A stretch of 63,997 nucleotides of DNA, counting the filler, from an uncultured bacterium (lineage in GTDB: Bacteria > CAZSTA01): the NCBI GenBank assembly GCA_964609495.1. It is 9 parts of 9 records of this genome, joined end to end, with 100 filler letters (N's around TTAATTAATTAA, not from the genome) between each part and the next. Parts side by side here need not be neighbours in the genome. Positions count along the whole stretch, not along the records: positions 1 to 7,504 come from CAZSTA010000181.1; positions 7,605 to 15,096 come from CAZSTA010000182.1; 7 more parts are not named here. One strand, written 5' to 3'. The notes below the pieces were generated by a model. The model was not told the origin of the DNA, did no database searches, and saw only the letters and a program-made list of their open reading frames with translations. The position numbers and the translations under genes were made by a program. Numbering within the stretch: the first letter of the stretch is position 1; every line of letters begins with the position of its first letter. Positions 1-11,000 of this stretch are shown here, one piece after another.

Positions 1-1
1 C

Positions 2-325
2 CAAGGATATCCCTATTACTCAGGAACAGGGATCTACGAGCAGAAGATCAATATAGGTGCTGAATATCTCAATCAAAAACTTATTCTTCAGTTTGAGAAG
101 GTCGCTGATCTGGTAGAAGTATGGGTGAATGGGGAAAGAGTTGGTGTTATTCCCTGGGAGCCTTGGGAGATCGATATAAGTGACTTTGCCAAGGAGGGAG
201 AGAATACTATCACGCTCAAGATCGCGAACTCCTTGGATAACCTCTTCTCCGATAATAAGCTGCCATCTGGATTGCTGGGTGAAGTTCAGATCGTTCCCTA
301 TCGAAGGTTGAGATGGGAATGGTGA
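2..325 (+). CDS. C-terminal part of a glycoside hydrolase (GH2/GH106-type sugar-binding beta-sandwich), 5'-truncated by the window edge
   Basis: The frame is open from base 2: QGYPYYSGTGIYEQ...EVWVNGERVG...IDIS...EGENTITLKIAN...PSGLLGEV. These are typical YYSG, VxVNG, GENxL and SGLLGxV motifs. Confidence 0.75.
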   Translation, partial: QGYPYYSGTGIYEQKINIGAEYLNQKLILQFEKVADLVEVWVNGERVGVIPWEPWEIDISDFAKEGENTITLKIANSLDNLFSDNKLPSGLLGEVQIVPYRRLRWEW

Positions 326-1227
326 TCTCCTCTGGGAATTTATGGGGATTCATCCTCGCTTTTCTCTCTGCTCTGTTCTTCGGAATCTATATGGTCCCTC
401 GTCGCTACTGCAAATTAAAGGCTGAGGCTTTTCTTCTGGGGATGACCATCGGAATTTTGCTCATTACTTGGATCATCCTCCGAATAGAGGGATTGAGCTT
501 AGCTTTTCCCCTAAAGATTAAAGGGCTTTCTTGGCTTTGCGGTATTTTATGGGCGTTGGGGACGCTCTGCTTCTCCCAATCGGTGATGTATATAGGGCTA
601 TCGCGATCCGCCCCCGTGAAGAACACCGCCGCGGTGGTCGGCACTATCTTTGGGCTTATCATCTTCAAGGAATATACTAAGACCGATCCATTTTTAAGTT
701 TCTCGGGAAGTCTCCTCATCGTCATCGCCGCAATCTTCTTCGGACGAGCTCAAGGGGAGGATGAGGAGACTAATGGGCAGGGAGTCACAATCGGAATCAC
801 CCTAGCCTTGATGGCTTCCCTCTTCTATGCCCTCTATACCATACCCTTTAAAGTTGTAATGGGTTATGGAGTCAAGACGGAGCAGTTGATCGCCCTTATG
901 GGGCAAGGATGCTTTGCCTCTGCATTGATTATCTATTTCGTGAGAGGGAGCAGATGGAGAGAGCTCGTAGCTGGAGGGTGGATGAGCTGTCCCTTGGCGA
1001 TCATCGGAGGAGGGCTGTGGACTCTGGGTGTATTCTATATGGCTAAATCGATAGAACTTATAGGCTTAGCGGTAGCTTGGCCACTTACTAATCTCAATAC
1101 CGTAGTAGCGGTGCTCTATGGTATATTTATATTTAAGGAGATAAGCCTTAATAGATATTCCCGCCAGATCGCGCTGGGATTAGTGGCAGTAGTGGTGGGA
1201 GTTATACTGTTAGGACTTTCGAGGTAG
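313..1227 (+). CDS. GRP/DMT-family sugar transporter (GlcU/RhaT-like)
   Basis: About 10 TM helices in two repeats; FFGIYMVP, GLSRSAP and GLAVAWPLTNLNTVVAVLYGIFIFKE motifs. Confidence 0.8.
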   Translation: MGMVISSGNLWGFILAFLSALFFGIYMVPRRYCKLKAEAFLLGMTIGILLITWIILRIEGLSLAFPLKIKGLSWLCGILWALGTLCFSQSVMYIGLSRSAPVKNTAAVVGTIFGLIIFKEYTKTDPFLSFSGSLLIVIAAIFFGRAQGEDEETNGQGVTIGITLALMASLFYALYTIPFKVVMGYGVKTEQLIALMGQGCFASALIIYFVRGSRWRELVAGGWMSCPLAIIGGGLWTLGVFYMAKSIELIGLAVAWPLTNLNTVVAVLYGIFIFKEISLNRYSRQIALGLVAVVVGVILLGLSR

Positions 1228-1303
1228 CGATATAGGCTTTTTCCAGATCGCCAAGAGCATTAACAGCCCCGATATCATTATATCACAAAGGAGATGAAGT
1301 GTA

Positions 1304-1489
1304 ATGCCAGTGATTAGGGTAGATGGGCCAAAAATTGATTTGGAACAAAAGAGGCAGTTGGTGAAAAAGCTCACCGATGCAGCGGTTGAAGTATATGGGA
1401 TCGAGCATATTATCGTTCTCATACGGGAAAACCTTCCTGAGAATGTCGGATTAAGTGGGCAATTGAAAGCAGATAAGATTAGGAAGTAA
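1304..1489 (+). CDS. 4-oxalocrotonate tautomerase family protein (DmpI-like)
   Basis: 61 aa with Pro immediately after Met (catalytic Pro1); EQKRQLVKKLTDA and ENVGLSG motifs; AGGAG RBS upstream. Confidence 0.85.
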   Translation: MPVIRVDGPKIDLEQKRQLVKKLTDAAVEVYGIEHIIVLIRENLPENVGLSGQLKADKIRK

Positions 1490-1550
1490 AGCTCCATTCA
1501 AAATACCAAGAACCTTTCTCTTGATGAGGTTGGTTCCCCCTTCCCTCGAT

Positions 1551-1615
1551 GGGGAGGTGATTTAAGGCGAGTTCAAGATCTCGAACATCTCAGACAAAAA
1601 TTTTGAAACTACTTA
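1551..1615. repeat. Copy of the intergenic repeat family (related to 55405-55480 in reverse orientation)
   Basis: GGGGAGGTGATTTAAGGCGAGTTCAA...AAAAATTTTGAAACTACT matches the reverse complement of 55405-55480. Confidence 0.65.
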
Positions 1616-1665
1616 ATAATTCTGTGATTAAGTCCCCAGATTTCTGATTTTTAAGGAAAAAAGTA

Positions 1666-1694
1666 TTGCTTGTAATCAATAAATATGCTATAAT
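1666..1694 (+). promoter_or_regulatory. Sigma70-type promoter with extended -10
   Basis: TTGCTT-17 bp-TATAAT with TG at 1686-1687, upstream of 1791. Confidence 0.6.
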
Positions 1695-1790
1695 AGATAG
1701 AAAGGCGTAAATTAGCTCTCATTCTATTTTCTTAAATCGAACTTAGAAAGTAGAAGATTTGTAGTGTATATTATAAGGAGAGGATAAAAG

Positions 1791-3089
1791 ATGAGCAAAG
1801 CTAAAATAATATTAATTGGAATATTGACTATAATTATCTCCTTGTTCTCAGTAACAGCGCGGGCTGAATCACCATTGATAATTTTGAATACGGGGAATGT
1901 TTTGGCGGAACTAGGCGACTATATCCATATAGTAGGAGAAGTCGAGAATCCTTCCGATAGGGATTACTCTCTCGCTGAACTTGAGGTAGAGTTCTTAAAT
2001 GAGGAGGGAGAGATTATCACCAGCACCTCAACTTATACTCCTTATATCAAAGCTGGGGGGATGGTCCCCTTTAAGACTGAAGCTATAGGATATTCTGACG
2101 AGTTTAACAGATATCGGATCAAGATCGCTAGCGATGTTATCGCCGCCCAAAATAGAGATGAAGCATTTGAGATAAGCGATATCGGTGATAACTTCGAGGA
2201 AGCGAGGAAATATATAAATATAACCGGAGAAGTCAAAAATTTAACTCGTGAGTATATTCCTTTAGTGGAGGTAATCGTGACCTTCTATAAGCGGAGTGAT
2301 GAGGACACTCAGGTAATAGATATAGCGAGCGCCTATATCGAGGATCTGGAAGGGGAAGAGGCTAGGTCATTTAAGACTACTTCTCTTAATTGGGAGGGCA
2401 TCACCGATTATAAGGTGCAAGCTATAGGTTGTGATAAGGATAGGGCTGAGGCGCTAATTACTCATTGGCAGTTGGGAGAAGCGGATAGGGTATTTTTGAT
2501 ACCGGATATATTGTTAAGGACAAGACAGCAGGTTTTGTTACTAGCTTCTAATGAGGTCAAGTTTGTCCACGAGAAAAACTATCGAATTCTAGAGTCTCGC
2601 TTGCTTGCTCTTCAAGAGGATTATAGGGATATAATCGAGGATTTCGATAATCTGCCTCTTCCCGTTCGTTCCGAGATCGCCCATGTTCCTTTAAGGGATT
2701 CCCTGGAGATACTAGAAGAGGTTATAAGCAAGGCTTTGAAGGGGGCCTCCAGCGAAAATCAAGAGGGCGATTTGGAGCTATCGGCTGAGCTACTCAGAAG
2801 ATGTGGAGAGAAGCTGAACTTTAGCGCCACTTTAGTTGCCATCTCTCCAAAGGATACCTCGGAGGTGATCCAAATATCTGCTCCCCAATCAGTAAGTGGT
2901 GAGAATGTCTGGCAGGTTGTTAAGAGGGAATTAATAAGTAATTTGAGATACTCCCAGCTATGGACGGAAGTTTTAAAAACTAGTAATATCTCCGTTTCGG
3001 TTTCAGCACCTTCCTCCGCTTCTACTTCTACTGGTGGAGGAGGTGGCGGTGGAGGAATGGTAAGATTTTTTAGCATGCCATCTTTCTAA
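1791..3089 (+). CDS. Secreted protein with two FxLYD-like Ig domains, a helical region and a Ser/Gly-rich tail
   Basis: Signal peptide ending ARA-E; two repeats of IxGEVxN...VxFxxxxGxII...F; AAGGAG RBS. Confidence 0.65.
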   Translation: MSKAKIILIGILTIIISLFSVTARAESPLIILNTGNVLAELGDYIHIVGEVENPSDRDYSLAELEVEFLNEEGEIITSTSTYTPYIKAGGMVPFKTEAIGYSDEFNRYRIKIASDVIAAQNRDEAFEISDIGDNFEEARKYINITGEVKNLTREYIPLVEVIVTFYKRSDEDTQVIDIASAYIEDLEGEEARSFKTTSLNWEGITDYKVQAIGCDKDRAEALITHWQLGEADRVFLIPDILLRTRQQVLLLASNEVKFVHEKNYRILESRLLALQEDYRDIIEDFDNLPLPVRSEIAHVPLRDSLEILEEVISKALKGASSENQEGDLELSAELLRRCGEKLNFSATLVAISPKDTSEVIQISAPQSVSGENVWQVVKRELISNLRYSQLWTEVLKTSNISVSVSAPSSASTSTGGGGGGGGMVRFFSMPSF

Positions 3090-3143
3090 TGATTTCACAC
3101 CTAGTTGTGGAAAGCTAAATTTGTTATAAGAGGAGGATTTGCT

Positions 3144-6100
3144 ATGAGAAAGCTGAGCAAATTTGAAGCAAAACGGTACTTTTTAAGAGGAATCTTAGGA
3201 GTGATGATATTATCTTTGATTTTAATAAGCGGCACTGGTTGTTCTACGACTCGACGCTCAACTAGTGCTACTACCTACGAGAGCCAGTCGGAGGAGGTCG
3301 CTCAAGTTCAATCTAAGTCAGCTCAGGATGAGCGTATGGAAGGTATGATAAATTTCCACGTGAATTTAGGGAATATCTTCTATAATAACAAGATCTATGA
3401 TGAGGCTGAGGATGAGTATAAAGTGGCTTTATCTGAGGACCCCGCCAATATCTTAGCTCGTACTAACCTGGGAGCGGCTTATCTGGCTCAGGATAAGGTT
3501 AAAGAGGCTATCGATGAATTGCAAATGAGTCTGGAGACAGATAAGCGCAATGCGGCTACCCACTATTTCTTAGCTAAAGCCTACACTAGGCTGGGTAGAT
3601 ATGATGATGCTATTGAACATTATAAACAAGCGATATCTATAGATCCTCGAGATTCCTCCCTCTTCTCCGACCTTGGCTTTCTATACAGTAAAAAGGGCAT
3701 GCCGGAGAAGTCTATGGAGATGGATAGTAAGGCAATAAGGCTTAATCCAGCGTATTCACTAGCAAGGCAAAATTTTGTGTTTGAAGAGGATGCTAGAACT
3801 TATGTGGTTATAGGAGAATATTATTTGAGTGCAGGAAATCCTATCGAGGCCAAGTCGGATTTTGAGAAGGCTCTTAAGCTCGATCCGGAAGGAAAAACGA
3901 TCGATCGGGCGGATATCCACTATAACATAGCCAAGGCTCACTATGAAGGCGAAGACTACGAAAGGACTCTGGAGGAAGTGCAAAAGGCACAAGATATAAG
4001 GGAGAGTGAGGAACATCGAAAGTTGGGACTCGATGCGATCCAAGAGATCTTAGATAAGATGTCCCCAACTTCCAACCCTGGGGTCCCAAGATTATTAAGT
4101 CCCAGCAATATGGCTGTTATAACCAATCCTAATCTAGATTTTACCTGGGATAATGTATTTAGGGTGGAGGAGCTTAAGCCAGATGGAACCATAGTAAGGA
4201 AAGAAGTTGATTTGTATGTCTTGGAGCTTTATGATTCTAAAGGTTCTCTGATCTGGAACCCCGTGGTTGAAAAGAATTTGATCACCTATATAGACAATCC
4301 AGATAAGGCTACCGAATTAGTTCAACAATTAGCCCCTCCTCTAGTCGATGGAGAGAACTATACCTGGCGAATAGGCGTCCCCGGCGATATTTTGAACGAT
4401 TTTGAAAGTTCCCTTGCCAAAATCGGCTGGGATGACCCTTCTCTTGGATTATTATTGGAGAGGAAGAACTTGTTCGTTTGGAGCCAGCCCTGGGCATTTA
4501 TGGTTAAGCTACGCTCCTCCTTGCAGTTGGAGGAGGGTGAGCTTCTCACCGGAGAGGTTCCCGAGGCTAAAGCTGTTGCGGCCGAGGAAGTAGCAGTAGC
4601 TCCGCCTAGGGAAGAGGTATCAGAGGAGGAAGTGGCAGAAGTTTCGCCTAAGGAAGAAGTGTCAGAGGAGAAGCCTGCAGAAGAAGTATCAGCTATAAGT
4701 GAAGAGAACTATAAAAGGGCTATCGCTACTTATCAGGAAGTAGTTGATAAGTATGTAAGGGCGGTGGAGGTTAATGATAAGATAGCGATGGCGAGGTATA
4801 TAAATAACTCGGCTGAAGCTCAGTTCCGAATTGGTCAGATATATGAGAATTTGGGTAAATATGAGCAAGCTTATGTCGCTTACAGCAAAATGGCTGAACT
4901 TTTCCCCACTTACTTTAATATAGACGATGCGATCGCCGCTCAATATAGGATCGGTCAGAGGTATGAGAAGCTCGGTAAATATCCTCAGGCTTATATCGTC
5001 TATACCACTCTGTTGAGAAAATTCCCGAGCTACTTCCGAGTGGATGAGATCGAGGCAAGTAAAAAGAGGATCGAGGAGGAATACGGGAAAGATCGAATCG
5101 AGGGTGAATTGCAGAAGCTTAAACCTAGACCAGTGTTGCTCAGCCCCAAGGATGGCACTGTTATCTATGATGATAATCCGGTCTTCTCCTGGTCTGAAGT
5201 GCTAGAGGCCGCGATAATAAGGGAGAGGATTACCACCAAAGAGGGTGAGGTAACCGAGAAGATAGAAATAACTTATGCTTTAGAGTTGTATGACTCTAGG
5301 GATAAGCTCATCTGGAATCCAACGACAAAGACTACCAGTTTGCGATATGAGGGTCCTCCGTTGATCTTGGGAGAGGCTTATAAGTGGCGAGTCTTCCCGA
5401 TGGGAGATGTAAAGAAAGACTTTGGCTGGAGCGATTACTACACCTTCACGATGAGATTCGAGGAGGAGAAACTCATAACTCTGATCAGTCCTCAAAATAA
5501 TGCTGAGCTAATTACCGATGAGCCCCTCTTTATATGGGCTATGTCGGTAGAAACAGGAGCTAAGGCGGCTGCTGGTGAGATAATAGAGGAAAAGGAAGTA
5601 GGAGCAGTTGAGGAAGCTATGTTAACGATTTATGTGATCGAGCTCTATGATTCTAGGGACAAGCTCATCTGGAATCCCACAGTTCAAGGCACCAGTAAGA
5701 AGTATGATGGGGTTAGAGAGTTAAAGCCGGGGGAGAGATATAAATGGCGAGTGGCCCCTCTGACTAGTGAAAGAGGCCGAAGTCAATGGAGCGATTACTC
5801 GAACTTCACTATACTGGAAGAAGCTAAGGAGAAGATTAGACCGATTCTCCTGAGTCCGCTCGATGGAGCTGTTCTTTATGGTGAAAATCCGCTATTTGTC
5901 TGGATGAGAGTTAGAAGGGCTGGGGAAATAACAGAGATAATAACTGAAAAAGAGGGAGAGAAACAAACCACCACTATAACAGAGGTTAATTACTCTCTCG
6001 AATTGTATGATTCTAAGGATAGACTGATCTGGAATCCCTCGGTAAGTGATACCAGCATCGAATACGCTGGCCCACCTCTCATCTTAGGCGAGACCTATAA

Positions 6101-7504
6101 GTGGCGAGTCTTCCCGATAGGAGATGTTACAGATAACTTTGGCTGGAGCGATTTCAACACCTTCACGATGAGAGCTGAGGAGGATAGGATCTTCAAGCTT
6201 ATCAGCCCGCCGGATGGAGCTATCCTCTATGAGAGCCCTCTCTTTATCTGGACTATGCTTCGAGAGGTGGTAAGGACTAAAGAGGAGGAAGCTCCTGAAC
6301 TAAGCTATGCTTTGGAGGTATATGATGCTAAGGGTAAGCTCATCTGGAATCCTCTAGTTGAGGGAATGAGCATGGAATATGCTGGTCCAGAACTCCAACC
6401 CGGTCAGAAGTATAGCTGGAGGATATCTCCACTTGGCACCTATAAGGATCTAGGATGGAGCGAGTTCGCCACCTTCACAATGAAGCCGGCTTTTGAGAAT
6501 ATAGAGCTTATATATCCTGCTGATGGCTCTACTATAACCGAGAGGCTGCCTACCTTCGAATGGAGTCCAGTCCAAGATATGACTGAAGCGGTGATTGCTC
6601 CAGAAGATAGAGTTTATATCATAGAGTTGTATGATTCTAGTGGAGAACTCATCTGGAATCCAGCAGTTAAGGGGCTCAGCAAGAAATATGACGGTCCGAA
6701 ATTATCTGTTGAAAGCACCTATAGTTGGAGAGTATCTCCAATAAATGAGAGCGGAGTAGGAATCTCCTTCAGTGATCTCGCCTTCTTTACTATCTCTAAA
6801 GAAGCGATAAAGGAGAAGATCGAGATCATAAAACCCACCGAGGGGGAGACTGTAGAGGAGGAGAAGCCCATCTTCGAGTGGGAGGTAATAGAGGAAAATG
6901 GAAATACCTCTCTTAATCCATCCTCATCAGAAGAAGTTATAGCTATGAATCCTAAAGCAGATGAGGAGGAGGAAATAATAACGGTGACTGAAGAGAGGGA
7001 AGAGATAATTGATTTAACTGAAGAAGAGATCCCTGCCGAAGAAGTCATCGTTCCAGAAGAGGAGCAAAGATTTGGCTTGGAGTTATACGACTTCGCAGGC
7101 AACCTGATCTGGACTCCCATGGTTAAGGGCAACAGCGTCGAATATGATGGCCCAGCGCTTACTCCTGGGGAGATGTATAGTTGGAGGATAACTCTTATAG
7201 GTGCTGAGTTGAAGTGGACTGAGTTGACCTCCTTCACCTACGTTCCTCCCACGGTAGAGATGGTTCCTGAAGAGGTTCCAGTGATAAGCAAGGTGGAGAT
7301 GGAGACGAAGATGGGTCTTAGACCCAGGCTGTTGAGTCCCCCTAGCGGAGCAGTTATAATCGATCCGAATCCTCTCTTCACCTGGGCGGCTATTAAACGG
7401 GAGAAGCCAGAGGTAACTCCTGTAGTTCCTGAAGGAGAGGAAGAAGTCGTGGCTCCAACTGAAGTTGATGTTTATGCTTTAGAGTTATATGATTCGAAGG
7501 ATAG
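3144..7504 (+). CDS. Giant TPR lipoprotein with at least 8 beta-rich (Fn3-like) repeats, 3'-truncated by the contig end
   Basis: ATG 3144 follows AGGAGG; lipobox LISGTG-C; N-terminal TPR array plus a second TPR pair; repeats of LxSPxDG...PxFxW...YxLELYDxxxxLIWNP...GExYxWRV...WS...FT. Confidence 0.8.
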
Positions 7505-7604
7505 NNNNNNNNNNNNNNNNNNNNNNNNNNNNNNNNNNNNNNNNNNNNTTAATTAATTAANNNNNNNNNNNNNNNNNNNNNNNNNNNNNNNNNNNNNNNN
7601 NNNN
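7505..7604. other. Artificial contig linker N44-TTAATTAATTAA-N44 (also at 15097-15196, 22639-22738, 30141-30240, 37392-37491, 44630-44729, 51841-51940, 59013-59112)
   Basis: Identical 100-nt spacers carry stops in all six frames, genes are cut at each one, and piece sizes decrease monotonically. Confidence 0.97.
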
Positions 7605-8024
7605 ATAAAAGAGAGAATGGCTGAGGTGGAGCAAGGAGTCGAATTGGCTGATGAAACAGATAGTGCCTTTCAGGAGATTACGCGCGTTATGCAAAAATCG
7701 TCGGAGTTGATTGAAACCACATCTCAATTAGTCGAACGAGGGGCAAGAGATAGCGAAGAGATAAGAAATAGTATGAAAGATATCTCCCGAATAGCGAGTC
7801 AGGTTGCTGCCAGAGCAAAGGATACAGCTTCTGCTTCCGCTCAACTCTCGACCACCTCTCAATACCTCCGGGAATCGATAAACACATTCAAGATCTCAGA
7901 GAAGAAAGGGAAAGAGATATTGGAGGAGGCTATAACTGAGGAGGCGTTGGAAGAACACAAAGAACAGCCAATTGACCTGGAGTTACAAGATCTAAAACTA
8001 GAAGACTTAGAAGAGGAGAACTAG
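7605..8024 (+). CDS. C-terminal part of a methyl-accepting chemotaxis protein (PilJ-like), 5'-truncated
   Basis: MCP C-terminal helices (VEQGVELADET...SEEIRNSMKDISRIASQVA...LRESINTFKI) plus an acidic tail; lies directly upstream of the CheA-like gene. Confidence 0.8.
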   Translation: MKERMAEVEQGVELADETDSAFQEITRVMQKSSELIETTSQLVERGARDSEEIRNSMKDISRIASQVAARAKDTASASAQLSTTSQYLRESINTFKISEKKGKEILEEAITEEALEEHKEQPIDLELQDLKLEDLEEEN

Positions 8025-8066
8025 AGCTTCTGGCTTCACCAGAGCCGAGATGATAGAAGGTGTTCA

Positions 8067-11000
8067 ATGATGAATACTAATAATGAAAATGAGGTAATCC
8101 AAAATTTCATTGAAGAAACAGTCAACCATATAAATAAAATAAGAGCTTATCTATCCGCTATAACGCGTGATCATCATGATAGAGGTTCAGTGACGGAGAT
8201 GTATAGATCCGCTCATAACATTAAAGACAGAGCATCTCGTCTAAAATTTGAAGATATTCGAGAGGCGGCTCTTGGGATAGAAAATCTCGCTCACAGTATC
8301 CAAGAGGAGATAATCTCAATTGATGAGCAAGTGATAGATATGCTTGGTAAGCACCTAAACAGGTTGGAATTATCCTTGAGAAGACTCGCCTCAGAAAGAT
8401 ATCCTCTGGAGAAAATAGATAGAATCCTATCTAGGGAGATAACGCTCGAAGAATTACCAAAGGATGTGGAGGGAAGATCTCCCGAAACTGATACCTTAAA
8501 AGATAATATATACAAGATCACTCATGGCATATCCTTCCTAGAGAATAGGTATATAAACAAGGTGGCGGATAAAAGTGTCCTTCGCGATCTATTGGAAATC
8601 ACCTCCTTTCTGGAGGAATCGATATCTCGTTTGGGCCCCTCTGCCGAGCAACTCTTAAAGCTGATGAAAGAGCTTTTCCTCAAATTGAACAGAGGGATTG
8701 TCTTAAATGAAGATATAATATTCTGCCTTTCCTCCTCCTCGAATGGACTAGAAAAGTTGGCGGAGGGCTTCATAGATGACGCTGAAGCCAGCCAGGCGCT
8801 GAACGTTCTGGAGGATAAACTAGCCACGATTCAAGACTATGAGGATAGAGAAGGGCTAAAGGGTGAGGAAGAGATAGATCTTACCTCAGAGAAGATGAAT
8901 CGCTTCTTGGAGGAAGTGGGAGAGAAATTAGATTTGGTGAACAATACCCTCTTAAAGTTAGAGAGGCAAAAGATCCTTCCCGATCCCCAATCTCTAGCCG
9001 AGCTATCTTCCGCTCTGAATAGCATAAAAGTTTCAACTGCCAATATGGGATTTACCTCTGCATCGACTCTAGCAGATGGTATGCAAAGGATAGTAAATAA
9101 TATAATAGAGGGGAAGCTACAATTAGTGGAAGAGATACAGTTGCTCTTCGATACCATAGACGGGATAGGGATGCTCTTGCAAAGCATACTCTTTGAAGAG
9201 GAAGAGCCAAGGGAGCTATTAACCTCTCTCCAAGAAAGGTTAGAGACGGAAACGGAGGAAAAACTTTTAATACTCCCGCTGGAAGAAGAGATTGAGCAGA
9301 AGGTCCCACCTCTTCAGAGTTACATAGATAGCTTAAGAGATGATTTCCTTTCACTAGAGATAGCTTGGGAGAGAGAAGAGGATATAGAAGAACTAACCTC
9401 CTCCCTGCTTCAAGAGGTCGGGGGGCTAAGAAGAGAGACAATAGCACAAGAATATATAGATATGGAGAAAATTTCGAGTTTGATACAGGAGGCTCTAGAA
9501 AAACTGAGAGTAGGAGAACTAGACTTTGAGGAGGATACGATCCTTTGGCTCCTTGATGCTTGGGATGCTCTACAACTTGCAAGCACTGAAGAGGAAGTAG
9601 CGGAATTATTAGATAGGCTCGAGAGCACTCTCGAGGAGATGGTGGAGATCACTTTAGTAACGAAGATAGGCGATTTTTTAGGAGAGGATATTTGGGAAGA
9701 AGTGGCTGAGGCAGAGAAAAATCTCTTAGATATCGATCAATATATCTCATCTTTAAACCAGGAGATCTTATCATTGGAGATAGCCTGGGAACAGTCTGCA
9801 GAAGCAAAGGATTTATTAGAGTCGTTATGTGAAAACCTATCACAACTGAGTCTAAAATCGAGAGAAGAGGAAAATCTAAATTTAGGGAAACTATCGCAGT
9901 TGATGAAGCAAGCTCTCGATAAGGTAAAATTAGAAGAATTAATACTCAGTGAAAATGTCATCTTGTGGCTCTTCGATGCTTGGGATGGATTGAAGGTTTT
10001 AAGTGAAGAGGGGATTGGGCCAGATGGCGATCGCATCTATTCCACATTAATTGATAGATTAAAAGAACTAATAGAGATAACTTTACCAGGGTATCATCCC
10101 GCGGAAGAAGAGCTAGCGGCGCAAGAGCCGACGATTAAAGTAAGGAATATATTACTTGAAAAGGTGGGAGGTCAACTCGAGGCTATCAATCGATTGCTCT
10201 CCGTTTTAGAAGAAAATCTACCGGAAGCCGATCCCGCCCTGTTGGAAGATACAAGTCAAGTCTTCCACTCCCTCAAGGGATCTCTATCCTCTGCGGAATA
10301 TAGCTCGCTCTTTGACTTCCTAGGAGAATTAATTAGATTGGTGGATAGCTTAAAGGATGGAGTTTTAAAGTTAGGAGAAGAAGAGTTAGCTCTACTCTTT
10401 GAGAGTGTAGATGGTTTAGGAATACTATTACAAAATAAATTAGTTGACAAAGAAGAACCCGAAGAGTTGAAGCTTTCTCTCCAAAAGAAGATAGAAGATA
10501 AGCTCGCAGAAGTTGAGATTGAAATAGAAAAAGTTATAGAGGAGCTAATGCTCGAGGAGGCAGAATTACCTGAGGAGGAGATAGCGGTAGAAGAGAGAGC
10601 GATAGAGATAGATTTGAGCAGGCATCTCTTGATACTAAGCGAAGGGATAGTATCCATAGAGATGGGATGGGAGAGAGGAGAAGAGATAGAGGAGNNNNNN
10701 NNNNNNNNNNNNNNNNNNNNNNNNNNNNNNNNNNNNNNNNNNNNNNNNNNNNNNNNNNNNNNNNNNNNNNNNNNNNNNNNNNNNNNNNNNNNNNGAGATA
10801 GAGGAGGAAGAGATAATCTCTCTAAGAGATGGATTAGAGAAGCTGGAAGTGATACCTATCCCTGAGGAGATCATCCCTGAAGTGGAAGTTATCCCTGAAG
10901 AGTTACCAATTGAGGAGATAGCAGTAGAAGAGAGAGCGATGGAGATAGATTTGAGTAGGTATCTCTTCATATTAAACGAAGGGATAGTATCCATAGAGAT

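Noticed and set aside
10695..10865. Frameshift or pseudogene in cheA (and likewise in the DUF4097 gene at 47209-47308)
   Set aside because: The frame change comes from arbitrary 100-N gaps in tandem repeats, and the repeat period restores the frame.
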